A stretch of DNA of 64,000 nt from Acidimicrobiales bacterium (GTDB taxonomy: Bacteria; Actinomycetota; Acidimicrobiia; Acidimicrobiales; JADJXE01), in contig JADJXE010000001.1 of the NCBI GenBank assembly GCA_016716005.1, forward strand, positions 1,615,011 through 1,679,010. The letters are read 5' to 3'. Shown in pieces: positions 9,935-20,025 of this stretch. The translations under genes were made by a program, and so were the position numbers. How positions within the stretch are numbered: position 1 is the first letter of the stretch; each line of letters begins with the position of its first letter. Below the pieces are notes generated by a model, which was not told where the DNA came from, did no database searches, and was given only the letters and a program-made list of their open reading frames with translations.

Positions 9935-10266
9935 CCCGACCGCCCTTCTCTCCGTGCACCGACCCGATCGGGTACCACGACAGGTGCCGGGGCCTCGCGA
10001 TCGGGACAACCGGGCTCGAGGTAGCTGATGCCGTCCACGCGGAACTCGAGGTAGTCGAAGCTCGGTGCATCGGCAGGATGCCACGGCGCCCTGCCGAATG
10101 CGCCGATACGCCGGCCGTCGAAGCTGCGGTAGTCGGTGATCGGGGTCGACCACCGCTGCGGCGTGAACGTGCGGCCGTCGGCCGACGAGGCCACCGTCAC
10201 CGCCCCTCGGTGAGCGTCGGTGTACCGACGCGTCGTCGGCCTCCCCGGGGACTTCTCCTTCGGCAT
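9931..10266 (-). CDS. hypothetical protein (111 aa)
   Basis: Internal ATG at 10266 (MPKEKSPGRP...) of ORF 9931..10479. ATGA overlap with the next gene. No family recognised. Confidence 0.5.
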   Translation of the reverse strand: MPKEKSPGRPTTRRYTDAHRGAVTVASSADGRTFTPQRWSTPITDYRSFDGRRIGAFGRAPWHPADAPSFDYLEFRVDGISYLEPGCPDREAPAPVVVPDRVGARREGRSG

Positions 10267-10412
10267 GCCTCCATCCTCGCTTCCGAGGTCTGGGGCCTCC
10301 AACGAACCCAGGGCGGTTCCCCTCGGACTGCCAACGCCAGCGACAGGCAGGAGCTCTCGCCCGTGGCATCGGCACACCGTGGGACCGGCGCTGGCTCCGC
10401 GGCCGCAGCGTT

Positions 10413-12836
10413 CTACAGCTGCCCGTCCGCCTCGAGGCGCCGGAACGCCGCCGCGCCCCAGATGGGTGGCAGGTAACACGTGACCATCCGGTAGGCGATG
10501 GCGACACCGAACGCCGTTGCGTCGTCCAGACCGGCTGCTGTGAGCAACAGGACGTAGGCGCCCTCGGACACGCCGATGCCGCCCGGAACCGGCATGATCC
10601 CCGCGAACAGGGCTACCGACACGTTGATGACGAGCAAGGTGGCCAACGGCAACGAGGTGCCGAAGGCGGCGAGCACGATGCCGAGCGTGGTCGCGAACAA
10701 CAGCTCGGCGGCGAGGTTGGCGCCGAGGAGTCGGGCGACCCGGGACGGCGTTCGGAGGATCGCCACGGTCTCGATCGCCTCACGGATCCAGGGGCGAACG
10801 CGACCCAGCACCCAGTTCCGAGCGCGTGGGACCACCACCGCCAGCAGCGCCACGAGGAGCACGACCGCGATCAGCGCGGTCAGCGCAGCGAGCAGGTCCT
10901 CCTGCTGCACGTCGAAGGTGTTCTGGAAGTTGAAGTCCGCGAGTCCCAGCAGCGCGACTGACACGAGGATCAGCATCTGGATCGCGAAGCCGGCCACGCT
11001 GTCGACGACGCCGATCGACATCGCGGACACCGATGGGATGCCTCGGCGCTGGAAGAAGCGGACGCTGACCCCGACGCGTGCGAACGTCGAGGGGATCGCG
11101 AGGTTGACGAACGTGATGGCGAACTGGAGAAGAGCCACCGGTCCGAACGGGATCGGTCGCGGGCAGGCGGCGCGGGTCGACTCGGCCTGGGGCAGTCGTG
11201 GGAGCTGGCCCCATGCGAGGGCGACCAACAGGAGGGCGAGCGACGCCTGGCTGAGCGCATCGACCAGTTCGGCGACGTCGACGCCGGCCAACATGCTGAT
11301 GAAGAAGTACCCTGCCGCCGCCAGCAGCCCGGCTCGCACCAACGAGGCTGCCGAGACCCGCCGGAGCTTGGCCAACTCGGGTTCCTCGATGCCTGCCGAA
11401 CGAGCCACCGCGGCGCGAAGCTCGTCCAGATCCAGGTCGGCGTTGTCGAGCGACTGGCGGAGGCGGGTTCCCATGGCGGCGACCTGCAGGTACGGCACGA
11501 CGGCCGCCAGATCCTCGGCGCCGAGACACCGACGTGCCGCGTCCACCGCTCGTCGCGGCCCCGCCAGGAGAGCCGAGCACACCAGGAGCTGAGCCACGTC
11601 GATTCGGCGCTGATCCTCGCTCGGAGCCACGACCACGCCGGCGAGGCCGTCCACCACCACGTCGCCGCCGTCGACGCGGAACAACTCAGGGGCGAGGTCA
11701 CCATGTGCGAACCCCGCTGCTGCCAGGGTGAGCAACGTGTGCCACATCGCGTCGAGCAGCGCTTCGTCCACCTCGTGACCGTCGAGCGGTACGCCCCGGA
11801 CCTGCAGCACGATCAGCGCGTCGCCCCCCGTCGTCCGACCAGCGCGCACCACGCGATGCACCGGGACTCCGTCCCGAGCTGCGAACAGCGTCGCGAACGC
11901 CTCGTGCTCGGCTTGTTGGACCCGCGTCAAGGTCAGCGCCTCGGCGTCGCGGTACCACAGTGCGCGCCAGGCCTTGGCGAGCAGCTGTGAGTCCCAGGCG
12001 TCGCGGCCGTAGACCCGCACGACCAGCAGTAGCCCGTCGGGGTCGGTCGCGTCGAGCACGAACACGCCGGCTCGCTGTCGTCGTCCCTCCGACAACGATG
12101 TCACCTCCACCCCGAGCTCCTCGAGGCCGCGACGGACGCCGTCCAGGCTGGGACGCCCACCCGTCGAACCGACGAGGAGGTGCACGATGGCTCCCGCGAT
12201 GGTGCCGCACAGCACACCGAGGGCAGCACCGCTCGGCGTCGCAGCTTCCAGGAGGACCAGCGAGACCGCCCCCAGGCCCACCAGCCACCGACTCGTCGTT
12301 CGGAACGGTCGGGTGATGTGCGGCGACGCAACCACCGTCACCGCGGACACCAGAGCGAGACGAACCGACACCGGATCCGCAGGAGGACCTGTGGCCGTCA
12401 ACGACGACCACAGGTCGATCTCGTCACCTGCGACGAGATCCGTCACGACGGTCACGATCACCGCTGCGCCGAGGAGCCCGAACAGCTGGTCGCGCAGGAT
12501 GTCCACGCGCCAGCGGACGAGGGAGACGAACACGAGGAAGACGCCCCACAGGCTCAGCAGGGCGACGCCGACGTTCCACACCACGTCGAGGAAGGCCGGC
12601 ACGGCGACGGCGACGGCGATCAGCGCCTGCTCGAACGCCGACGGCGGCTCGCTCAGCTCACCCAGCGCCACCACGCCGACGACGCACAACGCCAGCAGGA
12701 CCAGATCGGTCGCACGCCGCGACCGCGGACTGCCCCTGCCCGATGCATACAGCCGCGTTCGCTGCGGCCGGGACCACAATCGCCCGGTCAGCGTCGGGTT
12801 CGCGGCCCCCTGGACCGGGGTCGGCACCTCCCTCAT
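10413..12836 (-). CDS. large polytopic membrane protein: N-terminal TM block + protein-kinase-like domain + flippase-like (LPG-synthase TM type) domain
   Basis: Internal ATG at 12836 (MREVPTPV...) of ORF 10413..13328. Central FAHGDLAPELF catalytic-loop-like motif. C-terminal multi-TM region ends ...MPVPGGIGVSEGAYVLLL, typical of flippase-like domains. Confidence 0.75.
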   Translation of the reverse strand: MREVPTPVQGAANPTLTGRLWSRPQRTRLYASGRGSPRSRRATDLVLLALCVVGVVALGELSEPPSAFEQALIAVAVAVPAFLDVVWNVGVALLSLWGVFLVFVSLVRWRVDILRDQLFGLLGAAVIVTVVTDLVAGDEIDLWSSLTATGPPADPVSVRLALVSAVTVVASPHITRPFRTTSRWLVGLGAVSLVLLEAATPSGAALGVLCGTIAGAIVHLLVGSTGGRPSLDGVRRGLEELGVEVTSLSEGRRQRAGVFVLDATDPDGLLLVVRVYGRDAWDSQLLAKAWRALWYRDAEALTLTRVQQAEHEAFATLFAARDGVPVHRVVRAGRTTGGDALIVLQVRGVPLDGHEVDEALLDAMWHTLLTLAAAGFAHGDLAPELFRVDGGDVVVDGLAGVVVAPSEDQRRIDVAQLLVCSALLAGPRRAVDAARRCLGAEDLAAVVPYLQVAAMGTRLRQSLDNADLDLDELRAAVARSAGIEEPELAKLRRVSAASLVRAGLLAAAGYFFISMLAGVDVAELVDALSQASLALLLVALAWGQLPRLPQAESTRAACPRPIPFGPVALLQFAITFVNLAIPSTFARVGVSVRFFQRRGIPSVSAMSIGVVDSVAGFAIQMLILVSVALLGLADFNFQNTFDVQQEDLLAALTALIAVVLLVALLAVVVPRARNWVLGRVRPWIREAIETVAILRTPSRVARLLGANLAAELLFATTLGIVLAAFGTSLPLATLLVINVSVALFAGIMPVPGGIGVSEGAYVLLLTAAGLDDATAFGVAIAYRMVTCYLPPIWGAAAFRRLEADGQL

Positions 12837-12868
12837 CGGCCCACGTTCCCTCCGCGCGCAGTGACCCG

Positions 12869-13564
12869 TCAGTCCGGATCGCCGTGGGCGCGACGTGCCG
12901 GGTCGAGTGCCCGCTTCCCCACCGACAGGATGTGGATGCTCATGAGCACGACCCACAGGGGGAACAGCATCTCGAGCCAGGGGACGGCGGCTGCGGCGAG
13001 CAGCAGCGCCAGGGCGCTCAGGTAGCCAACGATCTGCAGCCATCGGGGCAACACCCCGAGGCGGCGGGCGAGGGTCGTGGTGGCGATGGCGAACACCGCA
13101 CCCATCCGCAGGCCATAGGTGGCCATGATGGTGAACACGAGCCGGCGGCCGAACCGCCAGACGTCCGCATCGATGGTTGCGTTCGCGGTGACCCCGACGA
13201 GGGTCGCCATGATCGCTCCGCAGATGAACAGCATCGCGACGAACAGCAGGCCGCTTCCGAGGAAGACGGTCGCGAAGAACCGGTCTTCCCGGTCGCCGAG
13301 GTGGTCTCGGATGACGCCGATGAACCACAGGAACGCGATGCCGGCGAACGGAAGCAGCGCGAGCGCGACCTCGACCCGGGTTCGCTGGGCGCTCGAGGTC
13401 AACCAGCTGCCGACGTCGTCGGGGTCAACAGGGATGGCGCTGCGGAACAGGCTGATGGCGGCGACGAACAGCACCGAGAACACGATGCCGGCAACGGCGG
13501 CGGCACGTGGTGCCCGCGCGGCGGCTGCAAGTCGGTCGAGTTCGTCGGTCGTGTTCTCGGTCAT
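12869..13564 (-). CDS. integral membrane protein, unknown function
   Basis: 231-aa ORF with about 6 hydrophobic segments. Lies 4 nt downstream of the antiporter stop. Confidence 0.65.
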   Translation of the reverse strand: MTENTTDELDRLAAAARAPRAAAVAGIVFSVLFVAAISLFRSAIPVDPDDVGSWLTSSAQRTRVEVALALLPFAGIAFLWFIGVIRDHLGDREDRFFATVFLGSGLLFVAMLFICGAIMATLVGVTANATIDADVWRFGRRLVFTIMATYGLRMGAVFAIATTTLARRLGVLPRWLQIVGYLSALALLLAAAAVPWLEMLFPLWVVLMSIHILSVGKRALDPARRAHGDPD

Positions 13565-13568
13565 CTCG

Positions 13569-14861
13569 TCACCTGACAGGTCTACCGCCGCCGTGACGGT
13601 GGCGGGTGAGGATCGGTTGTCGGGCGCGGGGGCCGGCCGTGTGGTCGGCGTGTTCGCGCTGGACGTAGCCCCGCCCGCCGGGGCCGGCGCTGAGGCCGTG
13701 CAGCAGGATGCTGGCCGCGACGGTCAGCGCCACGGCAGCCACGGCGCGGTTGGCGGCGGGGTCGGTCTCGCCGAGCTCTTCGATGGCCAGCAGCGCGAAC
13801 ACCACCGACGCCAGTCCCCGCGGTCCGAACCAGGCGAGGAACAGCGTGGTGGGCCGGTCGAGCCCCACTCCGAGCATGCTCAACGCGACCGGCAGCATCC
13901 GCACGACGGTGAGGCTGAGCAGCGCGTACACCGCGACGGAGGCGTCGAGATGCTCGAACGCGATCGGCAACAGGCTGGCGCCGAACAGGAACCACACCAC
14001 GAGCGCGAGCAGCTCGCCGCCGAGCTCGGGCAGCTCGTTGGTCTGTTCGACATCGAGCGCCTCACGGTCGGCCAGCGCCCCGAAGGCGATGCCCGCCACG
14101 AACGCGGCGATGAACCCGTTGCCGTCGAACGCGAGCGTCACCGCCAGCGCGCTCGAGGCCAGCGCAAGGGCTGCGAGGCGACGGCCTCCGGGGGCGATCC
14201 ACCCCTGCAGGGACGCTCGGTTCAGGACCAGCGCCCCCACCGCGCCGAGCACGACACCGACGACGACACCGACCCCGAGCTCGCGCAGCGCGGCACCGAA
14301 CTCGATCGACACGCTCTCACTCGTCTGGCCGAGCTGGCTGGCCGCGACCGCCAGGGCAACCATGACGACCGGAGTCACGATGCCGTCATTGAGGCCGCTC
14401 TCCACGTTGAGCGACCGGCGGAGACGCATCGGGATGCGCTCGTCGTTGATGACCTGCACGCTCAACGCCGCATCGGTGGGTGCCAACGCCGCGCCCAGGA
14501 ACAGGGCGAGACCCCACGGCAGGTCGAACACCATGGCGGCGATCGCCGCGCCGGCTGCCACCGAGAGCGGAAGGCCGACACCGAGGAGCCGAACCGGCAA
14601 CGCAGGGTCGGCCTTCAGCTCTCGCAGGTTGACGCGGGCGGCGTCGGTGAACAGCAACAGTGCGAGGGTGACCTCGGCGATGAGATGGATCGAGGACGCC
14701 TCGACATCGACGGTCACGGGTCCCCAGGTGGGGTTGGCGAGCAGGTACCCGGCGACTGCGAACACGAGCGGGCCGGTCACGTTCCGGCGCGCCAAGGCGC
14801 CGGAGGTCGCCGCCCAGGCGAACAGCAGCAGACCGACCAGCGCGACGGCGCCGACAGTCAT
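13569..14861 (-). CDS. cation:proton antiporter (CPA1, Na+/H+ exchanger type)
   Basis: ORF 13569..14894. I prefer the ATG at 14861, which forms an ATGA overlap with the upstream stop. Motifs LAPTDAA, ESGLNDG, FGPRG. Confidence 0.85.
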   Translation of the reverse strand: MTVGAVALVGLLLFAWAATSGALARRNVTGPLVFAVAGYLLANPTWGPVTVDVEASSIHLIAEVTLALLLFTDAARVNLRELKADPALPVRLLGVGLPLSVAAGAAIAAMVFDLPWGLALFLGAALAPTDAALSVQVINDERIPMRLRRSLNVESGLNDGIVTPVVMVALAVAASQLGQTSESVSIEFGAALRELGVGVVVGVVLGAVGALVLNRASLQGWIAPGGRRLAALALASSALAVTLAFDGNGFIAAFVAGIAFGALADREALDVEQTNELPELGGELLALVVWFLFGASLLPIAFEHLDASVAVYALLSLTVVRMLPVALSMLGVGLDRPTTLFLAWFGPRGLASVVFALLAIEELGETDPAANRAVAAVALTVAASILLHGLSAGPGGRGYVQREHADHTAGPRARQPILTRHRHGGGRPVR

Positions 14862-15838
14862 CTGTCGAGCGGTTCCACCGTCGGGAAGGTCCAACTGCCG
14901 TCGAGGATCTCAACCCGGGGTTGGTAGAGACGGACCGTGTAGTTCCAGCCGTCGACGAGTCGAAGGCAGTTCGGTCGCCCGTCACCACAACCACCGAAGT
15001 GGACCACGACGGACCCGTCGGGCTCCTTCGCCGCGGTGACCTGGTTGACGCTGCAGCCGCCGTCACCACCGGTCTCGAAGTATCCGTCCGCGTTGTACAC
15101 CGAGATCGACCAGAACGCGTCGACCGGGACATCAGCCACGACGATCCGGTACTCGCCGACCGGCAATCCGGGTTCTACCGTCAGGTAGAACGCCTCCCGC
15201 TCGGGCAGCCCTCCCCAGCCGATCGCCGTCCCGATCAGGTGACGGACCGGGTCCACATCCGCTTGCGTTCCGAACATCCCTTCGGTGCCCCCGACGGTCC
15301 GCCCGAGCGCCACCAGCGCGTCACGCACCGCAGCGAAGGACACCTCGTCGTAGTCCGGTATCACCAACGGTTCCGCAGAACCCGCAGCGAGGGCGAGGCC
15401 GTCCTGCACGGCGTTCGCCGCGGCGACGTCGTCGGGGTCGGCGGGATCGACGAACACCCGCATCGCCAACAACACGTACCGGGTGCCGTGGTCGTCGATC
15501 GACAGCCGGTGCTCGCCGGGGGTGCGCAGCACCTGGTTGATGAAGTGGTCCTGGTTGACCACCATCAACGTGGCGTAGCGCTCGCCGCTGTCGGGCACCG
15601 TCACGACCGCGCCCTCGTCGAGGTCCACGACGGCGAAGCTGTAGAGCGTGTCGCGGTTCATGCGCACGACCGTCTGCTGATCGAGCGGTGTCGGTACCCG
15701 GTTGTGCTGCCAGCGGTTGATGCCACCGGCCCCTGCCATCAGGTTCGACATCATCCGGTTCGACTCGGCCCGCACGAAGTTGTCGACCGATACCGCCACC
15801 GTGTCAGCCACGGTCGCACCCCACGTGCGTGGGGACAC
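14858..15838 (-). CDS. DUF1254/DUF1214-type protein (short form)
   Basis: 326 aa. [14 protein letters not shown]...RY and FWSISVY motifs, shared with 20949..22271. Confidence 0.75.
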   Translation of the reverse strand: MSPRTWGATVADTVAVSVDNFVRAESNRMMSNLMAGAGGINRWQHNRVPTPLDQQTVVRMNRDTLYSFAVVDLDEGAVVTVPDSGERYATLMVVNQDHFINQVLRTPGEHRLSIDDHGTRYVLLAMRVFVDPADPDDVAAANAVQDGLALAAGSAEPLVIPDYDEVSFAAVRDALVALGRTVGGTEGMFGTQADVDPVRHLIGTAIGWGGLPEREAFYLTVEPGLPVGEYRIVVADVPVDAFWSISVYNADGYFETGGDGGCSVNQVTAAKEPDGSVVVHFGGCGDGRPNCLRLVDGWNYTVRLYQPRVEILDGSWTFPTVEPLDR

Positions 15839-15847
15839 CCTCGACCG

Positions 15848-16513
15848 TCACTGCCATGGGTCGAAGTTGTTCACGCCATCGATGCAGCCCTGGTACATGT
15901 TGGCCAGGTCGTCAGGGACGATGTTCGCCAGACCGTGCGTGTCGATCACCAGGTCCTCGTCGAGGATCTTCGCCGAGAACTCCCAGCCCTCCGGCAGCGT
16001 GAGACGATCACCCAGGCCGGCCAGCACCTCGGCGGTGAGGTCCGTTGCCTTGTGGTTCGTGTAGGTCTGCATCACCCAGGTCACACCCTCGGGGGAGCGC
16101 AGGAGGAACACCGGACGACCAGCGAGGAACCGGTAGGTGGTGACCCGGTGGATCTGCATCGGGTGATATGCCATCGCCGATTGATCGCGACCGGGATCGA
16201 AGTCCGCCGGCATGTGCATGTCGGCCGCGAGGTTGAACATGATTCCGCCGAGTTCCCGCGGCTCGCCGGCCAACTCCAGCGTCAACTCGTCCATCATCCA
16301 GAACCGACGCGGGTTCTTCCACACCCGATCACACCCCGTCTCCTTCGCCAACGCCTCCGTGTCGATCGCCTCGAACTCTTCCTCGGGGCAGGGACCGAAT
16401 CCGGTGGTGTTGTAGACGAGCGCGCCGTAACCGCCCTCCTGCTCTGTCAGCAGGAAGATCTCTCCCTGCGCGTAGTCCCGAGTGCCCTTGACATCCAATG
16501 GTGAGCTGGTCAT
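15848..16513 (-). CDS. hypothetical protein, 221 aa (paralogue of 18887..19567)
   Basis: Internal ATG at 16513 (MTSSPLDVKG...) of ORF 15848..16786. Blocks shared with the 226-aa ORF: VWKNPRRFWMMD / VWMNGPRRSMMD, FLAGRPVF..SPEG / FLAGRQVY..SPSG, LGDRLTLPEGWEF / LGDRMQLPDGWEY. Confidence 0.7.
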   Translation of the reverse strand: MTSSPLDVKGTRDYAQGEIFLLTEQEGGYGALVYNTTGFGPCPEEEFEAIDTEALAKETGCDRVWKNPRRFWMMDELTLELAGEPRELGGIMFNLAADMHMPADFDPGRDQSAMAYHPMQIHRVTTYRFLAGRPVFLLRSPEGVTWVMQTYTNHKATDLTAEVLAGLGDRLTLPEGWEFSAKILDEDLVIDTHGLANIVPDDLANMYQGCIDGVNNFDPWQ

Positions 16514-16807
16514 CCGTTCGGTTCCCTTCTTGGTTATCTCGTCGCGAGAGGGCGTGTTAGGGGCTGGTAGGCAAAGCTCTCGTGCTTCACCATGGCATCG
16601 GGGACGTCGAGCCACATGACCCAGCGGGCCTTCAGACCGTTGAAGTCCCGCTCGGCACCCACGATCACCTCGATCCAGTCCAGGCACCACGACCTCGGTC
16701 CGAGCCAACGGCTGTCGACCGTCCATGTCGGGGGGCCGGCCGCTCAGTGCCGAAGGTCCCACCGGACTCCAGCGATACGAGGACACCCATTGGCCGGCAG
16801 CGATCGA

Positions 16808-18658
16808 TCATGGCGCAGTGTGCGGCGGCAGGCTGCATGCTGCGACCGCGGCGGTCACCGTTCCATGGACATGATCGGCCCCGATGACCTCGGTGAGACC
16901 GAGGTCATCGAAGCGTCGCTGCAGTTCCACGGTGGCCCGTGCGATGTGCAGCTCGATGTTCCGGTCGCGAAGACCGCTGTTCACCTCACGCAACGCGACT
17001 CCTGCGCTGGCGTCGATGTCGCTGATAGCGGTTGCGTCGAGGACGACGTGTCGCACGGGTTTGGGTGCGCCGTCGACGGCGGCCCAGAGCCGGCGCTTGA
17101 AGAAGTGGGCGTTGGCGAAGAACAACCGGTCCTGGATGCGGTAGACGACCACGCCGGGCGTGACACCAGCGTCGGGGTGGTCGCTGACGTCGACGTAGCG
17201 GTCCTCATCGGGCGCCCATCCGAGCACGGCGTCCGCGGGTCGTGCAGCCCTGCGGATGATGTCGATGATGGACAGCACGACCGCCACGACGATCGCCTGC
17301 AGGACACCGATGGTGACCACGAACAGCGCCGTGACTCCTGCGATGACGACCTCGGAACGGCTGCTGCGGGCGAGCGCCCGCCACTGGTCGGGCTCGATCA
17401 GCTTCGAGGCGGCGAACACGATCACCGCGCCGAGGATCGCCGAGGGCAGGTACTCGATCGGCGCGGTGAGGAACAGGAGGATGGCGCCGATCGTCGCAGC
17501 GGCGACCAGCCCGCTCACCTGGCTCGTCGCTCCCATGTCGTCGTTGACCGCTGTGCGTGACCCGCTCGTCCCGACCGGTATGCCCTGGGTGACCCCTGAC
17601 GCCACCTGCGCGAAGCCGAACGCCAGCAGTTCCTGGTTCGCATCGACGACCTCGTGGTGACGCGCGGCGAACGAGCGAGCAGTGAGGATCCCATCGGCGA
17701 ACGCCACGAGGAAGATGGCCACGGCCGCCGCCGCCAGTGTCCCGACGTCCGAACGCGACACCTCGGGCACCGCGAGCGACGGCAAGCCGCTCGGCACCGC
17801 ACCGGTGACCGCCACGCCCCGGGACGCAAGGTCCAGCGCCCATGACGCCGCGATGCCGAGCACCATGAGCACCAGCGCGCCGGGGATGCGCTTGTTGATC
17901 CTGGCGAACAGGAACAGGAGCACCAGTGCCAGGGCCCCGACCACCACCGTCGCCGTGTTGGCGTCGCCGATGCGGCGCACGATGTCGAGCGCTTCGCGGA
18001 TGGCGCCTTCCTCGTCGCTGGAGATGCCGACCAGCTTGCCGAGCTGACCGAGGATCAGCACGACGGCAACCCCGGTGATGTAGCCGACGAGCACCGCCTG
18101 GGAGAAGTAGTCGGCGATCCAACCGATGCGGATGAGCCGAGCCACGAAGAAGACCAGGCCGACCAGCAGCGCCAGCATCGCGGCGAGGGCGGCGTACTCC
18201 GCGCTGCCGGCGGCGGCCAGCGGGCCGAGCGCCGTCGCAACGAGCAGCGCGACGGTGCCCTCCGGACCGATGACCACCCGGGGCGCAGACCCGAACACGG
18301 CGTACGCCACGACCGGCAGCAACAGCGCATAGAGGCCGGCGCTGACTGGTGCACCTGCCAGCTCAGCGAACGCCATGGCCGACGGAAGGGCCAGCGCCGC
18401 GACCGTCATGCCAGCAACGGTGTCGACCTGAAGACGATCCCTCGAGTACCCCGACAACGATCGAGCGAAGGGCACGAACCGGGTGGTGATCGGCGGTCGG
18501 CTCTCCGACGCGAACGCGCTCCGACCCCGGTACGCCTCTCGGAACGGTCTCACGGACACCACTACAGCACGGGGACCGGCGCCCGACGTCGCCCCAACAG
18601 GATGAGCGACATCATCAGCAGCGAGGATCTCGGCGAGCCCAGTCCCGAGCGTGCGCAT
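16808..18658 (-). CDS. SulP-family anion transporter with C-terminal STAS domain
   Basis: ORF 16808..18727. Typical N-terminus ...YSRDRLQVDTVAGMTVAALALPSAMAFAELAG, and a STAS-like C-terminus VVYRIQDRLFFANA. Start uncertain (18727, 18658, or GTGs near 18590). Confidence 0.85.
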   Translation of the reverse strand: MRTLGTGLAEILAADDVAHPVGATSGAGPRAVVVSVRPFREAYRGRSAFASESRPPITTRFVPFARSLSGYSRDRLQVDTVAGMTVAALALPSAMAFAELAGAPVSAGLYALLLPVVAYAVFGSAPRVVIGPEGTVALLVATALGPLAAAGSAEYAALAAMLALLVGLVFFVARLIRIGWIADYFSQAVLVGYITGVAVVLILGQLGKLVGISSDEEGAIREALDIVRRIGDANTATVVVGALALVLLFLFARINKRIPGALVLMVLGIAASWALDLASRGVAVTGAVPSGLPSLAVPEVSRSDVGTLAAAAVAIFLVAFADGILTARSFAARHHEVVDANQELLAFGFAQVASGVTQGIPVGTSGSRTAVNDDMGATSQVSGLVAAATIGAILLFLTAPIEYLPSAILGAVIVFAASKLIEPDQWRALARSSRSEVVIAGVTALFVVTIGVLQAIVVAVVLSIIDIIRRAARPADAVLGWAPDEDRYVDVSDHPDAGVTPGVVVYRIQDRLFFANAHFFKRRLWAAVDGAPKPVRHVVLDATAISDIDASAGVALREVNSGLRDRNIELHIARATVELQRRFDDLGLTEVIGADHVHGTVTAAVAACSLPPHTAP

Positions 18659-18886
18659 CTCGTTGACGCTGACCGGGTTCCAGGGTGGCCTCCAGGTCAA
18701 CCAGACGCGACGCCAATCGCCCGCCACGGTGCCCGAGCAGCAGTCGGGACCTCTGGCCCTGGGTCGCAGAGCACATCCCTGTAGCGTGGCGGCAGGTCAG
18801 GCAGAGCCATCGACGGCCACACGTTCACGATGGCCGCGACTGATGCAACGAGGCTGTATCCGCCATTGACCTAGGAGAAGCGAACG

Positions 18887-19567
18887 ATGTCGACGACCCC
18901 GATCGAGGAGGGTACCGTCACTCTGACTGCGGACAACCTCCGCGGAGTGCCGCACGCCGAGGTCATCATCTTCACCGAGGACGCCGATGGCCCGGGCGCC
19001 TCGAGCGTGTTCTACAACAGCCTGGGACTTCCCCAGGAACTGTCGGGCGACGATTTCGACGCCCACTTCCGAGCGTTGGACCCCGAGGCCCTCAAGGCCG
19101 AGTTCCACGGTGACGGTGTCTGGATGAACGGCCCGCGCCGTTCGATGATGGACACGGCAACGGTCGAGTTCCTGGAATCCGGCAAGATCACCCCTATCGG
19201 CGACATCCCCATGCGGACCGGAGGCCGGGTCCATGTCGCTGACCTGGCGGGCCTCTTGGGGAAGCGGCCCGCGTACAGCGAGCTCCGGGTCGAACGCACA
19301 ACCGAATGGGTCTTCCTTGCCGGCAGGCAGGTGTACGAGCTCGTTTCGCCGTCGGGATCGCTGTACGTGTTGCAGAGCCTCTCTCGGGCGGTGGACCCGA
19401 ATCTGGACGTCGAGCAGCTGCCAACACTCGGAGATCGCATGCAACTCCCGGACGGATGGGAGTACCGCGTGCGCACCTTGGACGACGACCTCATTGTCCG
19501 CGCCAGCGGCGACGCACACATCGTCTTCGACGAGTACGAGAGCAACTACCAGCGCCTCGACAGATAG
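18887..19567 (+). CDS. hypothetical protein, 226 aa (paralogue of 15848..16513)
   Basis: ATG preceded by aggaga. Conserved blocks as listed for 15848..16513. Confidence 0.75.
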   Translation: MSTTPIEEGTVTLTADNLRGVPHAEVIIFTEDADGPGASSVFYNSLGLPQELSGDDFDAHFRALDPEALKAEFHGDGVWMNGPRRSMMDTATVEFLESGKITPIGDIPMRTGGRVHVADLAGLLGKRPAYSELRVERTTEWVFLAGRQVYELVSPSGSLYVLQSLSRAVDPNLDVEQLPTLGDRMQLPDGWEYRVRTLDDDLIVRASGDAHIVFDEYESNYQRLDR

Positions 19568-19631
19568 CTTCCGCCCGCCGCCGCGCACCGCACGGACAAG
19601 CGGAACGGCCGCGCCGGCGTACCCCGTCATC

Positions 19632-19763
19632 CGGTTCATCACCTGCGTCACACCCGAAGCGACAGCGCTCATCGCCACCGGCGTGCCGGCCGAGATCGTG
19701 TCCGGACGGCTCGGTCTCTCCCGGGCGAGCTGCACCATCGACACCGATCAGCACATCCTCTGA
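19632..19763 (+). pseudogene. tyrosine recombinase C-terminal remnant (weak)
   Basis: Tail of ORF 19233..19763: RFITCVTPEATALIATGVPAEIVSGRLGLSRASCTIDTDQHIL*. Compare RFHDLRHTHASLLVADGTAIEVVSERLGRAHPAFTMHTYQHLL at 29.5 kb. Confidence 0.4.
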
Positions 19764-19867
19764 CCCGACTTCGCGGGTGGTCCGCAGGCGTCGATCGCGA
19801 ACTGGCGGGATCAGTTCCTCGACGGCGGCGCGCAGGCGGTAGCTGCTCCTCCCGGCTGGTCGGCGCG

Positions 19868-20010
19868 GTGCGCCAACCGACGATCTTGCGGGCGAACACG
19901 TCGATGACGAACGCGGTGTGGACGAAGCCGGACCAGGTCGGCACATGGGTGAAGTCCAACGTCGCGTCGGGTTCCCCGGCCGCACCCGCAGAGGAGTCAC
20001 CCGCCAGGGT
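19868..20010 (-). pseudogene. IS3-family transposase (rve core) fragment
   Basis: ...GEPDATLDFTHVPTWSGFVHTAFVIDVFARKIVGWR matches the conserved start of the IS3 integrase core (D-x-T-Y-v-x-T...vID.fsR.ivGW). The rest is absent or frameshifted. Confidence 0.6.
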
Positions 20011-20025
20011 GGTCGAGTCCGACGA

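Noticed and set aside
12837-13328. N-terminal extensions of track ORFs (10413..13328, 9263..10507, 7079..8134, 15848..16786, 26749..27363, 37108..39066, 50567..52123, 54645..56417)
   Set aside because: The extensions are Arg/Pro-rich, overlap the upstream gene on the same strand, and each has an internal start that gives a normal family N-terminus, often with ATGA/GTGA coupling.
16540-16720. A coding-looking minus-strand stretch (...DWIEVIVGAERDFNGLKARWVMWLDVPDAMVKHESFAYQPL*) in the 294-nt gap between SulP and the 221-aa gene
   Set aside because: The frame is closed by a stop about 60 codons upstream and has no convincing start or SD, and I cannot name a family. It may be a gene stump, but the support is too weak to annotate.
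19790-19830. The weak tRNA-like string aactggcgggatcagttcc, considered as a third att remnant next to the integrase-like stump
   Set aside because: Only about 7 contiguous bases match the tRNA 3' end, which is indistinguishable from chance in this composition.
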